The notes: generated by a model from the letters alone, not told the origin. A DNA stretch of 64,000 nt from an uncultured Acidobacteriaceae bacterium (GCA_963742455.1 CAVULU010000008.1:10593-74592), one strand, 5' to 3'; positions 34,022 to 43,511 are shown, counted from the stretch's first letter. Made by a program: numbers and translations.

Positions 34022-34104
34022 TCAGTCTGATTTCGGGCTGCCCGCGTTGCGCGTTGTAGCCGCGTCCGATTAGAAATCCGTATCATCCTGGCAAAAGGAG
34101 AGCC

Positions 34105-35535
34105 ATGTCATCTGATTACCGGAATTTTCTCGCCCTCTCGTACGATGAGCTTGAAGAACTGAACCTGGAGGCCAAGGCGGACCGCATGAACCGTCTCCCT
34201 ATCGAAGAGGTTCGCGAAAAGCGGATCAAGTATTTGACAGAACAAAAGCACATCAAGGCAGTGACGGTCTTGTTCTCCGATCTCGAGGGCCGCCTGCACC
34301 TATTGGACTACGATAAAAAGTTTTTACTCGGCTCGCACGAGAATCTGACCTTCGACGGCTCCTCTATACGCGGCTTTACGGCGCAGAAGGAAAGCGACCT
34401 CCGCCTTGGCATCGACTGGAGTGCGTTCTACTGGGTCCCGGCTGACGTATTCGGCAACGGCAAGGTGCTAGTTTTCGGCACGGTGATCGACAAGGACGGC
34501 ACGCCTTACTCCGGCGACCTGCGCGGCGTGCTCAAGGCCTACTCCGACAAGTTGTTCAAGGACAAGGGCTACACGCTCAACGCGGCCAACGAAATCGAAG
34601 GATTTCTCTTCGCCGGTAAAGACGCGGAGCGCCATTACCACGAGACATTGAAATTCGACTTCATCAACACTGGCGGCTATTATCACGTGCTGCCGCTTGA
34701 TCCACTACGCCAGTTCATCGACACAGCCGCCGAAGTGCAGCGCGCGATGGGTTTCCAGAACGAAAAGGATCACCCCGAAGTTGCGCCCAGCCAGTTTGAA
34801 ATCAACTACGGATACGGCGAAGTTGTCGCGGCCGCGGACCAGATTCAGCTCTACAAGCTGCTATGTCGTCAGATCGCTAACAATATGGGCTACACCGCAT
34901 GTTTCCTGCCCAAGCCGGTGGTCGGTGTGAACGGCAGCGGCATGCACACCAACGTCTCAGTCTCCAAAGACAAGGTAAACCTGATGTGGGACCCCAAAGG
35001 CCAGGAAATGCTTTCCGCCTTCGGGTGGAAGTTCATCGATCGCATCCTGACCAGCGCACTGGATATTTGTCTGATCCTGAATCCGAGTGTGAATGCTTAC
35101 CGCCGCCTTGATCCGCACTTCGAGGCCCCCAACCAGATCAAGGCATCGGCCACCGATCGTGGTTCCATGGTGCGCGTACCGATCGGCAACTCGCGCTCAA
35201 TGCGTGTTGAGGTTCGGTCGGTTGCACCGGATGCGAATCCTTATCTGGCTCTTTACTCAATCTTCAAAACTGGCATCGACGGCAATACTGCCAAGATCAA
35301 GAACCTGCGCCAGGCAGAGCGGTACTTGCCGGACCACATTCAAGCGGCCATCGACGATTTCAAGGGGTCGGAGTGGATCGCCGAGATACTTGGATCCGAT
35401 GTACAAGGCCGGTTTGTCGACCTGAAGCAGGCCGCCGCTAATCGCTGCGCGCGCGAACTTGGCACCTTTGTCAAGGCTCCCGAGGTACAGTTCCACCACG
35501 AGGTTTACAACCAGTCGCTCTGGAACCTGTTCTAG
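34105..35535 (+). CDS. Glutamine synthetase type I-like (GlnA family / gamma-glutamyl ligase)
   Basis: FDGSS, NEIEGFLF, HPEVAPSQFEI, FLPKP..GVNGSGMH, NPSVNAYRRLDP, DRGSMVRVP, RVEVRS.APDANPYL. Confidence 0.88.
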   Translation: MSSDYRNFLALSYDELEELNLEAKADRMNRLPIEEVREKRIKYLTEQKHIKAVTVLFSDLEGRLHLLDYDKKFLLGSHENLTFDGSSIRGFTAQKESDLRLGIDWSAFYWVPADVFGNGKVLVFGTVIDKDGTPYSGDLRGVLKAYSDKLFKDKGYTLNAANEIEGFLFAGKDAERHYHETLKFDFINTGGYYHVLPLDPLRQFIDTAAEVQRAMGFQNEKDHPEVAPSQFEINYGYGEVVAAADQIQLYKLLCRQIANNMGYTACFLPKPVVGVNGSGMHTNVSVSKDKVNLMWDPKGQEMLSAFGWKFIDRILTSALDICLILNPSVNAYRRLDPHFEAPNQIKASATDRGSMVRVPIGNSRSMRVEVRSVAPDANPYLALYSIFKTGIDGNTAKIKNLRQAERYLPDHIQAAIDDFKGSEWIAEILGSDVQGRFVDLKQAAANRCARELGTFVKAPEVQFHHEVYNQSLWNLF

Positions 35536-35561
35536 AGCGAACGTCTCATCCTCTGATCGAC

Positions 35562-35604
35562 ACGCAGAAAGGCGCGGCCAGCGACGGTCGCGCCTTTTCT
35601 GCGT
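35562..35604. terminator. Bidirectional rho-independent terminator between convergent glnA-like and TPR genes
   Basis: ACGCAGAAAGGCGCGGCC-AGCGAC-GGTCGCGCCTTTTCTGCGT inverted repeat. Confidence 0.75.
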
Positions 35605-35625
35605 TTGGTTGAGAAGTCCACTGAT

Positions 35626-36405
35626 TCAGTGCGCTTCAGATTCAGAGCTCCTGGCGAGACGTGCATGCGCGATTTCCAGTACTTGCGCGGCCTCTTCTTT
35701 GTTCCCCATCTCGGTGAGGACATCGGCGAGTTTCTCGGCAAGGGGGAGTGAATCCGGGTATGTGTTGACTCCATCGCGCAGCACTCTGGCCGAGTCGGAA
35801 AATTTCCCCACTCGCGTATAGGCCAGATCAAGATTGATGCACTGCTTCACGGTCCTCTGGGGCGCCAGTCTCGCCGTATCGAGCAATTCGATCACTCCCT
35901 CGAGGTTGTTGTCCGCAATCAAGTCGTCGGAGAGCTTGTCGAGCGCGTCAGAGTATTCAGGATCGATTTCGAGGGCGGCCAGCCATTCCGTTTCGGCATC
36001 AGCGGTCGCATGGGTACTATCCAGTGCCTCTGCCAGCAGCAGATGCAGCTTGATGTCGCAGTATCCGAACTTCTCTGCCTCCTGCATCGCGGTAATTGCC
36101 TCTTTGATGTCCCCGACAAGGTAGAGGCTCGCGCCAAACATGAAGGCGACGTGAGGCATGTCCTTTTGCTTCGGATCCATCTGCAGCGACGTCGCGAAGG
36201 CATTCGCCGCACAGTTGTAGTCTTTCTCGTCACCAAACCACACCCCGAGGTCATTCAATGCGGCGGTGTCGGGTTTTCCGGCAAACTTCGCTTTCATCGA
36301 CTCAGGGGGCGTGCAAGGGGCCTGCGCCCAACCGGCGGATCGAAGTAACGCGGAAAACGCAAGGAGGGAGACGAATCGAATTGGACTGGAAGGACGCATG
36401 CGCAT
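35626..36405 (-). CDS. Secreted TPR protein with N-terminal C-x33-C motif
   Basis: Signal peptide ..AGWA-Q; TPR-like helices (LGVWF, HLLLAEAL, ALEIDP); begins just after the TolB-like gene stop. Confidence 0.8.
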   Translation of the reverse strand: MRMRPSSPIRFVSLLAFSALLRSAGWAQAPCTPPESMKAKFAGKPDTAALNDLGVWFGDEKDYNCAANAFATSLQMDPKQKDMPHVAFMFGASLYLVGDIKEAITAMQEAEKFGYCDIKLHLLLAEALDSTHATADAETEWLAALEIDPEYSDALDKLSDDLIADNNLEGVIELLDTARLAPQRTVKQCINLDLAYTRVGKFSDSARVLRDGVNTYPDSLPLAEKLADVLTEMGNKEEAAQVLEIAHARLARSSESEAH

Positions 36406-36422
36406 GTTGGCTCGGCTCAAGT

Positions 36423-38201
36423 CTAATGCTGCTTTTCAACCTGCGCGCCGCTCGCAACATCGGCGCCGTCGGCGACGTGTACCTCGATCTGATCGATGCC
36501 GTCAGGATTGATGTTCACGAACTCGGGGAGGTTTACGGCGCGATTCGCAGCCGTCGCATTGTCGATTAAAATCGCGGGACTGGAATTGCCATTTTCGTCG
36601 ATGTGGGTGAGATACATCTGGGTATAGGGCGAGCGGGCCTTCGATGAGAAGACCAGCCACCTGGCATTGGGCGACCAGCTATGCCATGAGTTCATCAGGC
36701 GCGTGTTGGCCTGCAGACGCCGCGCCGCGCCGCCGCGGACAGAAACAATATAGAGCTGGCTATCGGGCCGCATCAGTTGGCCGTTCTTGCACTGCACGAA
36801 GACGATCCATTTGCCGTCGGGCGAGATCTTGGGAAAGTTGTTGCTCATCCCGTTCTGCGAAGCGCCCTTGATCGGCTCCGGTGTGCCGCCTTTTCCGCCG
36901 TTGAACGGGATTCGGTAGAGATCGTACTGGATCTGCGCTTCGTTGGGATCGTTGGCATGGGTGGCGCCGGGGTGGCCCGGTGGGCGCGGATCTCGTGCTT
37001 CGGCACGGGCAAAGACGATGTACTTTCCGTCAGGACTCCACACGCCGTCGGTCTGCACATATTTCGAATCGTCGGCGCCGGGGAGCGGTTCTCGCAGGCT
37101 GGCAGACCGGTTGTAATACTCCAGAATGCCGCGCGTCGGGAAGAACACCTGAAGAAACCGATAGTCCATGAAGTTGGTGACGTAATAACTGTCGATCATG
37201 CGGCTCAGTGCCGGTCCAGCAAACGTGCTCAGCACATATTGTCCGTTGGGAGAGACCTGCGACATGAAGCCGACGCGCACCGCACCGACTTTTCCATCCG
37301 TGTTCCAGTGCACCATGTCTTTGCTCTGGATGACCATGTGCTTCTGCACTGGAACCACGGCGTAGAGCCCCTTGTCGTTGGCCGGGCCATCAATGTCCAT
37401 GCCGAAGGTCTTGCCGTCGGCTGAGAAGGAGTGGCAGTTGGCGCAGGTCGGCATATCTTTCAGCACGGTGTGGCTCTCAGGCTTGCGAATGTCGCGGATA
37501 CGCCAATGAATCAGGTGAATATCGGATTGCGCGAGAGGGGCCACTGCTCCTCCGCTTCCCGATGCGGGCATCAGCGGAACATCGCGATAGAAAATCGGCG
37601 CGCCAACGTCGTCTTTAGAAGTAGTGAGTGTGATGTGCGACTGAGACCAGGCGACCTGCCCTTCGCGATACCCGGTGATTGTCACCGTTGCCGACTTGCC
37701 GGCGGAGTGCGACTGGATCGCAGCCCACGTCGCGGCATCCGGTTTCCAGGTCCAGGTCGCTGCCTGTTGCGCGTTCAATTTCGGCGGGGAGTTCGAGTCT
37801 GCCACGCAATCCGGATCGATCGGTCCAATCTGCATGCGCTCGCCTTTTGACGTTGCATGAATAGGTTCAGATTTGTCGGCGAAAGATATGTCGATGGACC
37901 AGGATGTGCCCGCGGCATCCCGCCATAAAAAAGTGGGCGGAGTAATCCCCGGCGGAAAGATCGAGCCATCTTCGGGATAATCGATGGAAATCGGAGTCAG
38001 AACAGGGGCTGTGGCGCTCGCCGCACAAGCGAAGAGATTCCCGGCGAACCTGCTTTGCCGGCCTGACGGAAATGAGGAATCCAGCAGAATGAAGACGGAA
38101 ATCGTGAAGACCGAGAACATTCCTTTCCAAAACAGCCGCGAAAATGAGGCTCCCTGTTGCACTGTTCCTCCGAAGAGCGAAGATTCTGCATCGAGGAACA
38201 A
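36423..38201 (-). CDS. TolB/PD40-repeat beta-propeller protein with single CxxCH
   Basis: SPNG/SPDG/WSPN WD40-like repeats, TCANCHSFS (37431-37445), IDYP..GSIFPP.I..PTFLW N-domain. True start uncertain. Confidence 0.8.
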   Translation of the reverse strand: MFLDAESSLFGGTVQQGASFSRLFWKGMFSVFTISVFILLDSSFPSGRQSRFAGNLFACAASATAPVLTPISIDYPEDGSIFPPGITPPTFLWRDAAGTSWSIDISFADKSEPIHATSKGERMQIGPIDPDCVADSNSPPKLNAQQAATWTWKPDAATWAAIQSHSAGKSATVTITGYREGQVAWSQSHITLTTSKDDVGAPIFYRDVPLMPASGSGGAVAPLAQSDIHLIHWRIRDIRKPESHTVLKDMPTCANCHSFSADGKTFGMDIDGPANDKGLYAVVPVQKHMVIQSKDMVHWNTDGKVGAVRVGFMSQVSPNGQYVLSTFAGPALSRMIDSYYVTNFMDYRFLQVFFPTRGILEYYNRSASLREPLPGADDSKYVQTDGVWSPDGKYIVFARAEARDPRPPGHPGATHANDPNEAQIQYDLYRIPFNGGKGGTPEPIKGASQNGMSNNFPKISPDGKWIVFVQCKNGQLMRPDSQLYIVSVRGGAARRLQANTRLMNSWHSWSPNARWLVFSSKARSPYTQMYLTHIDENGNSSPAILIDNATAANRAVNLPEFVNINPDGIDQIEVHVADGADVASGAQVEKQH

Positions 38202-38478
38202 GGAAGCAAACTGGCTGCTTATGCGTGCAGTTCGCTCAATGCTGATACGAGTTTGGAATTGCCGGCCGAAGCAAGGATGATTTGATCGACAGCATTTCCG
38301 ATTGCTGACACTGGCAAAACATGAATGAAAGTCGACAATACACTGGATGTTCGCAGGCGGTAAATTGTGCTGTCAAGGCGATGCGCCTTCGCGATGCGCT
38401 TCCGATGCAATCCATTCATGGCCCGCAAATTGCGGCTCAAATTGGATTCAATCATGCGGTACTTCGCCGAAGGTGATG

Positions 38479-40605
38479 TCATGGGGCTTTGTTTGCCTGT
38501 ACGGCGTTCAGCACCAATGACTGCTGATCTGCCGCAACAACTTTCTGGTAGAAGTCGTGTAATTGCTCGTAGTCCTTGGGATCAAGAAGCGTGAACCCCC
38601 GCTGCAAGACGCGCGCATTCGTAATCGAACCGCCTTCAACCTTGGTGTGAAGCTGATAAGCGGCGTTCTCTTCCCACTTAAGGTTCGTATCCTGCGGGGT
38701 TCTTTCGAGCGCATAGCCCGCCGGCAACACGTAGGTAATCTGCTCCTGCTCCTGTGCTGCATATCGCATGTCGACCGGAAGTTCGCGAGAGCTGTCTGGA
38801 GGGAATGGATTTCGCTCCATTGCCTCGAAGAACATTCGCGGCAGCACGAGGCCACCGCCTGAGTTCTTCGCAAACGAACCGGATACAGGAATAACAGCCA
38901 GCAATTGCTTGCTCGGATCATCGAGATAGACAACATGATCAACCGAAGCCTGGACGCCAGCGGGCACTTGTTGCGCCAGCAGCGCGTTGATCTCTGACTT
39001 CACCCCTTCCGCACCGGATTTGACGCCGATCTGCCGGAGTTCGATCGCCCTTTGCCCGAGGAACGCTACTTTCAAAGTTCCGGAAACCGCGCCTTGCGCT
39101 GACACGTTGAGCGCGCCGACATGCAGTGTGCTGTTGTCAGTATTCTTCTGCAAAGGCGTCACAATGATCTCTGCCTTGTTGCCAGCGTCCATGGCCACGC
39201 CGCCAGCCCCGGTGTGCGCCCAGTGCAACATCGCAAACGGAGCCATTCTTGTTCCGGGATCGACAAGGATTTCCTTCCCGTCGACCTTGAGTGCAATCAG
39301 AACGGTGTCGAGTTGGATATTGTCCATATACTGCGCGGAGAATATGCGGAGGCTGCGACTGGCAATCCGCTCGGGGCGGGCGCTGATACCCGCCGTGCGA
39401 ACCAATGCCAGGTAGAGAAATGCGATCTGGTTGCTCGATCCCTTCCTTTTTAGAAGGACAGACTCGACCTTGCCCTTTGGAATCCATTCACTGCCGGTAA
39501 GCGGCGCGCCATCGGGACTCGAATCGGTGTTCTCGATCTTCTGAACCAACCCATATAGCTTCGCTGCCTTTTCTTCCGGCGAATCCGAATGGGAAACCAA
39601 TTCCTTGACTGCATTCTGCAAAGCAGGGGTCGGAGCGGTGTAGGCATTCAGCGCCTTTGTCCAGAAAGCCATCTGCTTTTGCCAGTAATCCTTCACGTCG
39701 GGCGTATAAGTGTAGAAAAAGTTCACACTATAGGCCTCGGTATTCAGCGGGGGCGCGAAGGGTTCCTGCGGGATTGGAGGTACATCGGTGAGATCCAGAA
39801 CATAGTTTCCCATCGCGTCCTTGGTCAAAGTCTTGCCGGCAGGAAGGATCGGTTTGAAACGAATGTCAGTCAGAATATTGTCGTGCGAATCCTTCAACAC
39901 GCTGTCTCCCACTCCCGGGCCGTTCACGTCCTGGGGAAGAAACTGCCCAGTAGGCCGGAAGACAAAGTGTTCCTTGTGGATGAAGTACTCTTTCTGCACC
40001 TTCCAGTCAGGCGCAGTGAGATAGCGGTCGTAACGAACCTGGTAGCGATACTCGATGACACTGCCCACTTCAACCGACGGCATGGTGAATGTTGTTTCGC
40101 TGCCGCGCGGCCCCTTGTTGACTTTCAGCAGTTGCGAAGCCTTTCCGGTCAGGGGAACGACCGTACCGTCGGCGTGCGTCACGCGTCCCTCGAGCGCCCC
40201 GATTTCAACTTTGCCAACGTAGGAATCGGTATCCCAGGGCTGGTCCTCACCGGTGCGCTCGATTGACGGAAGGCTGAAGTTCGTCGCGTCCCCTGAAGCG
40301 AGGAAGCTGGAGTTATTGCCCACGGCGTTATAGACGAGCGTCTGCGGGAAGCTGACATGAACGGCGGCGGCGCTCTTTCCAGCCTCGGTCAAGACTTTGA
40401 TGCGTGCATAAACCGTTCGATACGCATGAGGGTCGTCTTCGGTTTCTTCCCGGTAGAGATACACCGCCGCAGCACCGGGCGCTTTAGAATCCGACGTCAT
40501 CGCCAGGTCCTCTTTGGAAACAGGCGGAAATTGTGCATGAGCCACAAGCGGAACTGTTCCAATGGCAAACAGGAAAGCAAGCGGAAGCGAAGGATGAGAA
40601 CGCAT
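38479..40605 (-). CDS. DUF3857 / transglutaminase-like domain protein
   Basis: Signal peptide, APGAAAVYL, RIKVLTEAG, VEVGSVIEY.Y, YLALVRTAG, DPG, LPAGY, Y..L.DFY.KV..AD C-terminus. Confidence 0.82.
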   Translation of the reverse strand: MRSHPSLPLAFLFAIGTVPLVAHAQFPPVSKEDLAMTSDSKAPGAAAVYLYREETEDDPHAYRTVYARIKVLTEAGKSAAAVHVSFPQTLVYNAVGNNSSFLASGDATNFSLPSIERTGEDQPWDTDSYVGKVEIGALEGRVTHADGTVVPLTGKASQLLKVNKGPRGSETTFTMPSVEVGSVIEYRYQVRYDRYLTAPDWKVQKEYFIHKEHFVFRPTGQFLPQDVNGPGVGDSVLKDSHDNILTDIRFKPILPAGKTLTKDAMGNYVLDLTDVPPIPQEPFAPPLNTEAYSVNFFYTYTPDVKDYWQKQMAFWTKALNAYTAPTPALQNAVKELVSHSDSPEEKAAKLYGLVQKIENTDSSPDGAPLTGSEWIPKGKVESVLLKRKGSSNQIAFLYLALVRTAGISARPERIASRSLRIFSAQYMDNIQLDTVLIALKVDGKEILVDPGTRMAPFAMLHWAHTGAGGVAMDAGNKAEIIVTPLQKNTDNSTLHVGALNVSAQGAVSGTLKVAFLGQRAIELRQIGVKSGAEGVKSEINALLAQQVPAGVQASVDHVVYLDDPSKQLLAVIPVSGSFAKNSGGGLVLPRMFFEAMERNPFPPDSSRELPVDMRYAAQEQEQITYVLPAGYALERTPQDTNLKWEENAAYQLHTKVEGGSITNARVLQRGFTLLDPKDYEQLHDFYQKVVAADQQSLVLNAVQANKAP

Positions 40606-40885
40606 GGATGTCTCCAGTAATTATCTATTTCTATGACCGCTTTATGCCCCGAAAAGGGTCAGCCCCAAGCAAGCATAAAGAATTCTACTGAATTGATTAT
40701 CGCGCGGCAGCGAATTGCGTCACACCGCCTGGGTTAGTCGCAAGACGTCTGATCGGAGTGTGATCTTAATGAAATGAAGGGCTTATGCGGCATTGAAGCG
40801 CATGGCGGGGTTTGGCGAGACATTGCGCCCTTCCTAGCCAATTGACGCTTGCATGCTCGGCGATCGCCGATTTCCAACCCATTGA

Positions 40886-40901
40886 TGTGAGCGAGATCAC
40901 C
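40886..40901. promoter_or_regulatory. CRP/FNR-family-like site TGTGA-N6-TCACC
   Basis: 9/10 match to TGTGA-N6-TCACA, in the divergent DUF3857 / TolB-TPR spacer. Confidence 0.35.
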
Positions 40902-40957
40902 GAAGCATTCGCTTCGTCCCTTCATCCTCAAGATAACGACGAAGTTGAATAGCGCTG

Positions 40958-43285
40958 TTGTGGGGGTCCATGGGGTCTCGTCCTTCCCAATTCAAGATTC
41001 TGGCGGTTCTTGCAGCGTGCGCGGGGGCACTGATCGCCTGCGCCGTACTTTTCCCAGGGTTCGGCACTCCATTGCAAGCTGCTGCCACATCCCAAGCTAC
41101 GATCAAGATCGACTATCCGCTCAACGGCTCGGTGTTCCCTCCTGAGATCACGCCGCCCACGTTTTTATGGCGCGATCCGTCTCCCTCAGCGTTGCGCTGG
41201 GTAATTCAGGTCTCATTCATGGAGACCAAAGAGCCAATTCGAATCGATGCACCGGGCAAAACGATGCAGCAAGGCGAGATTGACTCGAATGCAGGCCCGA
41301 GCCTGGCACTCACGCCGGAGCAGGCGTCTACCCATACGTGGAAGCCTGACGCAGAAACGTGGGAAAACATCAAGCGCCTTTCCGCAAAGTCGACCGCGAA
41401 CATTGCAATCATGGGATTTGGCAACGATGGTTCCGAACTGCCGGTGTCGATAGGCAAAGTTTCCATTTCGACCTCGGCGGACACGGTGGGCGCCCCAATC
41501 TTCTATCGCGATGTACCCCTGCTTCTTCCTCCTCCGGGCGAAAAGGGGCCCGTCGCCCCGCTTCCACGCTCTGCCATTCCGCTTATCAAGTGGCAGATTC
41601 GCGACATTGCGCAGCCCAGGAGCCACCTGGTGATGACCAACCTGCCTACCTGCGCCAATTGTCATTCCTTCTCGCGGGATGGCAAGACATTCGGCCTTGA
41701 CCTCGATGGTCCTCGCAATGACAAGGGGCTGTACGCGCTGGTTCCGGTTTCGAAGCAGATGACTATTCGCAACTCCAATGTCATCCACTGGAGTTCCTTC
41801 GGGCTCAATCAGGAAGCCGGCGCGGCAGATCCGGCAGTGAAGCGCTTTGGATTCATGTCGCAGGTTTCGCCTGACGGCCGCTACGTGGTCACCTCGATCG
41901 GGCCGCCCAACAATAGCAACCGGCATCAGAAAGAGGAACCCGGCTTCGCTTCCGGCATCCTCGACCGGCTGTACAGCACCAACTACCGCAGCATTGAGTT
42001 CAGCCAGGTCTTCTATCCGACGCGCGGCATCCTCGCCTGGTACGACAGCAAAGAAGGCAAGATGCATGCGTTGCCCGGGGCGGACGACCCGCAGTATGTC
42101 CACACCAGCGCCTTCTGGTCCCCTGACGGAAAGTACCTCATCTTTAGCCGCGCACTGGCACGCGATCCGTACCCTGCCGGCGTGCCCAAGCCCGAGTACG
42201 CTAACGATCCCAATGAAACACAGATCCAGTACGACCTCTACAAAATCCCATTCAATGAAGGCCGCGGAGGCAAAGCCGTCCCAGTTGAAGGCGCATCCGG
42301 CAACGGCATGAGCAACAACTTCCCCAAGGTTTCCCCCGACGGCAAGTGGATTGTGTGGGTGCAGAACAAGAACGGCTTGCTGATGCGCCCCGATAGCAAG
42401 CTTTACATCGTTCCCTTCGGCGGAGGCAAAGCGCGCCTGATGAGTTGCAACCTCGCGCCGATGAATTCCTGGCACAGCTGGTCGCCGAATGGCCATTGGC
42501 TCGCGTTCTCGTCAAAGGCGCGCGGGCCTTATACGCGGCTCATGGTCACCCACATCGACGCCGACGGCAATGACACTCCCGCGGTCATCGTCGACGACAC
42601 CACCGCTGCCAATCGCGCCATTAATATTCCCGAGTTCGTAAATTTGCCGCCCGGCACCAGCATCGACAGAATCGACCCCCAGGCTACTGAATTCTACCGG
42701 CTCTTCGATGAGGCCTACACGCAGATTCAAAACAACCAGTTTCCCCAGGCCATCGAAACGCTGCAGAAAGCCATCGCGACCAATCCGGACGACTCACTCT
42801 CCCACTACGTTCTTGCCGCTGCCCTCAGCGCCAACGATCAGGAGAAGGACGCTCTGCTCGAATATCGACAGGCCGTCGGCCTGACCCCTACCAATCCCAT
42901 CTTCCTCGACCACCTCGCCGTCTCACTGGCCCTGAATGGCGACCCGGATGGCGCTATTGAGCAATTGCAAAAGGCGATCGCCGTCGACTCCGGTTCAGCG
43001 GAGTATCGATTCAACCTCGCGTATGTTCTTGAATCGCGTGGCGACTTCGCCGGCGCAATCTCTCCACTTGAGGAGGCTGTCGCTCTCAGCAAAAGTAAAG
43101 ACTGGCGTTGTCTCGTCGAGTTGGCTAAGGTGTATGACAAGACAGGTCGCGCCGCCGATGCCATCCCCCTAGCCCGTCAGGCTTTGAATCTCGCGGTGGA
43201 GCAAGACAATCAGCAGGTTGCAAAGATTCTGCAGGACGATCTCGATCACTATGAACGCGACGTCTCCGGCACAAAATCAAATTAG
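40958..43285 (+). CDS. TolB/PD40 beta-propeller + CxxCH + C-terminal TPR fusion protein
   Basis: Signal peptide, TCANCHSFS (41651-41665), SPDG/WSPN repeats, about 5 TPR helix pairs after residue ~580; paralog of 36423-38201. Confidence 0.85.
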   Translation: MWGSMGSRPSQFKILAVLAACAGALIACAVLFPGFGTPLQAAATSQATIKIDYPLNGSVFPPEITPPTFLWRDPSPSALRWVIQVSFMETKEPIRIDAPGKTMQQGEIDSNAGPSLALTPEQASTHTWKPDAETWENIKRLSAKSTANIAIMGFGNDGSELPVSIGKVSISTSADTVGAPIFYRDVPLLLPPPGEKGPVAPLPRSAIPLIKWQIRDIAQPRSHLVMTNLPTCANCHSFSRDGKTFGLDLDGPRNDKGLYALVPVSKQMTIRNSNVIHWSSFGLNQEAGAADPAVKRFGFMSQVSPDGRYVVTSIGPPNNSNRHQKEEPGFASGILDRLYSTNYRSIEFSQVFYPTRGILAWYDSKEGKMHALPGADDPQYVHTSAFWSPDGKYLIFSRALARDPYPAGVPKPEYANDPNETQIQYDLYKIPFNEGRGGKAVPVEGASGNGMSNNFPKVSPDGKWIVWVQNKNGLLMRPDSKLYIVPFGGGKARLMSCNLAPMNSWHSWSPNGHWLAFSSKARGPYTRLMVTHIDADGNDTPAVIVDDTTAANRAINIPEFVNLPPGTSIDRIDPQATEFYRLFDEAYTQIQNNQFPQAIETLQKAIATNPDDSLSHYVLAAALSANDQEKDALLEYRQAVGLTPTNPIFLDHLAVSLALNGDPDGAIEQLQKAIAVDSGSAEYRFNLAYVLESRGDFAGAISPLEEAVALSKSKDWRCLVELAKVYDKTGRAADAIPLARQALNLAVEQDNQQVAKILQDDLDHYERDVSGTKSN

Positions 43286-43362
43286 CCTGAACCACTGGAT
43301 TATTTCTCGTTATGCGGGATTGCTTCATCTCCTGCCCCTGCACTCATTTCGAAGCAGTTGAG

Positions 43363-43389
43363 TCAACCGGAATCAACATTTCCGGTTGA
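43363..43389. terminator. Stem-loop downstream of the TolB-TPR gene
   Basis: TCAACCGGAA / TTCCGGTTGA perfect 10-bp stem with 7-nt loop. Confidence 0.45.
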
Positions 43390-43511
43390 TGGAAGCGTTC
43401 AATTCTTCGGGCCGATGAAAACAACTTGAATTCCGATAGAACCGCACTCCGGTCCGAGCGCGTCTACTATACACACATCCGGTTCGGTCGGGCCGGAACA
43501 GGAGCCCTTTG

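Noticed and set aside
26753-34104. Sigma54 (-24/-12) promoters or NtrC boxes for the nitrogen module
   Set aside because: By eye I found no TGGCAC-N5-TTGC or TGCACC-N5-GGTGCA match in the spacers.
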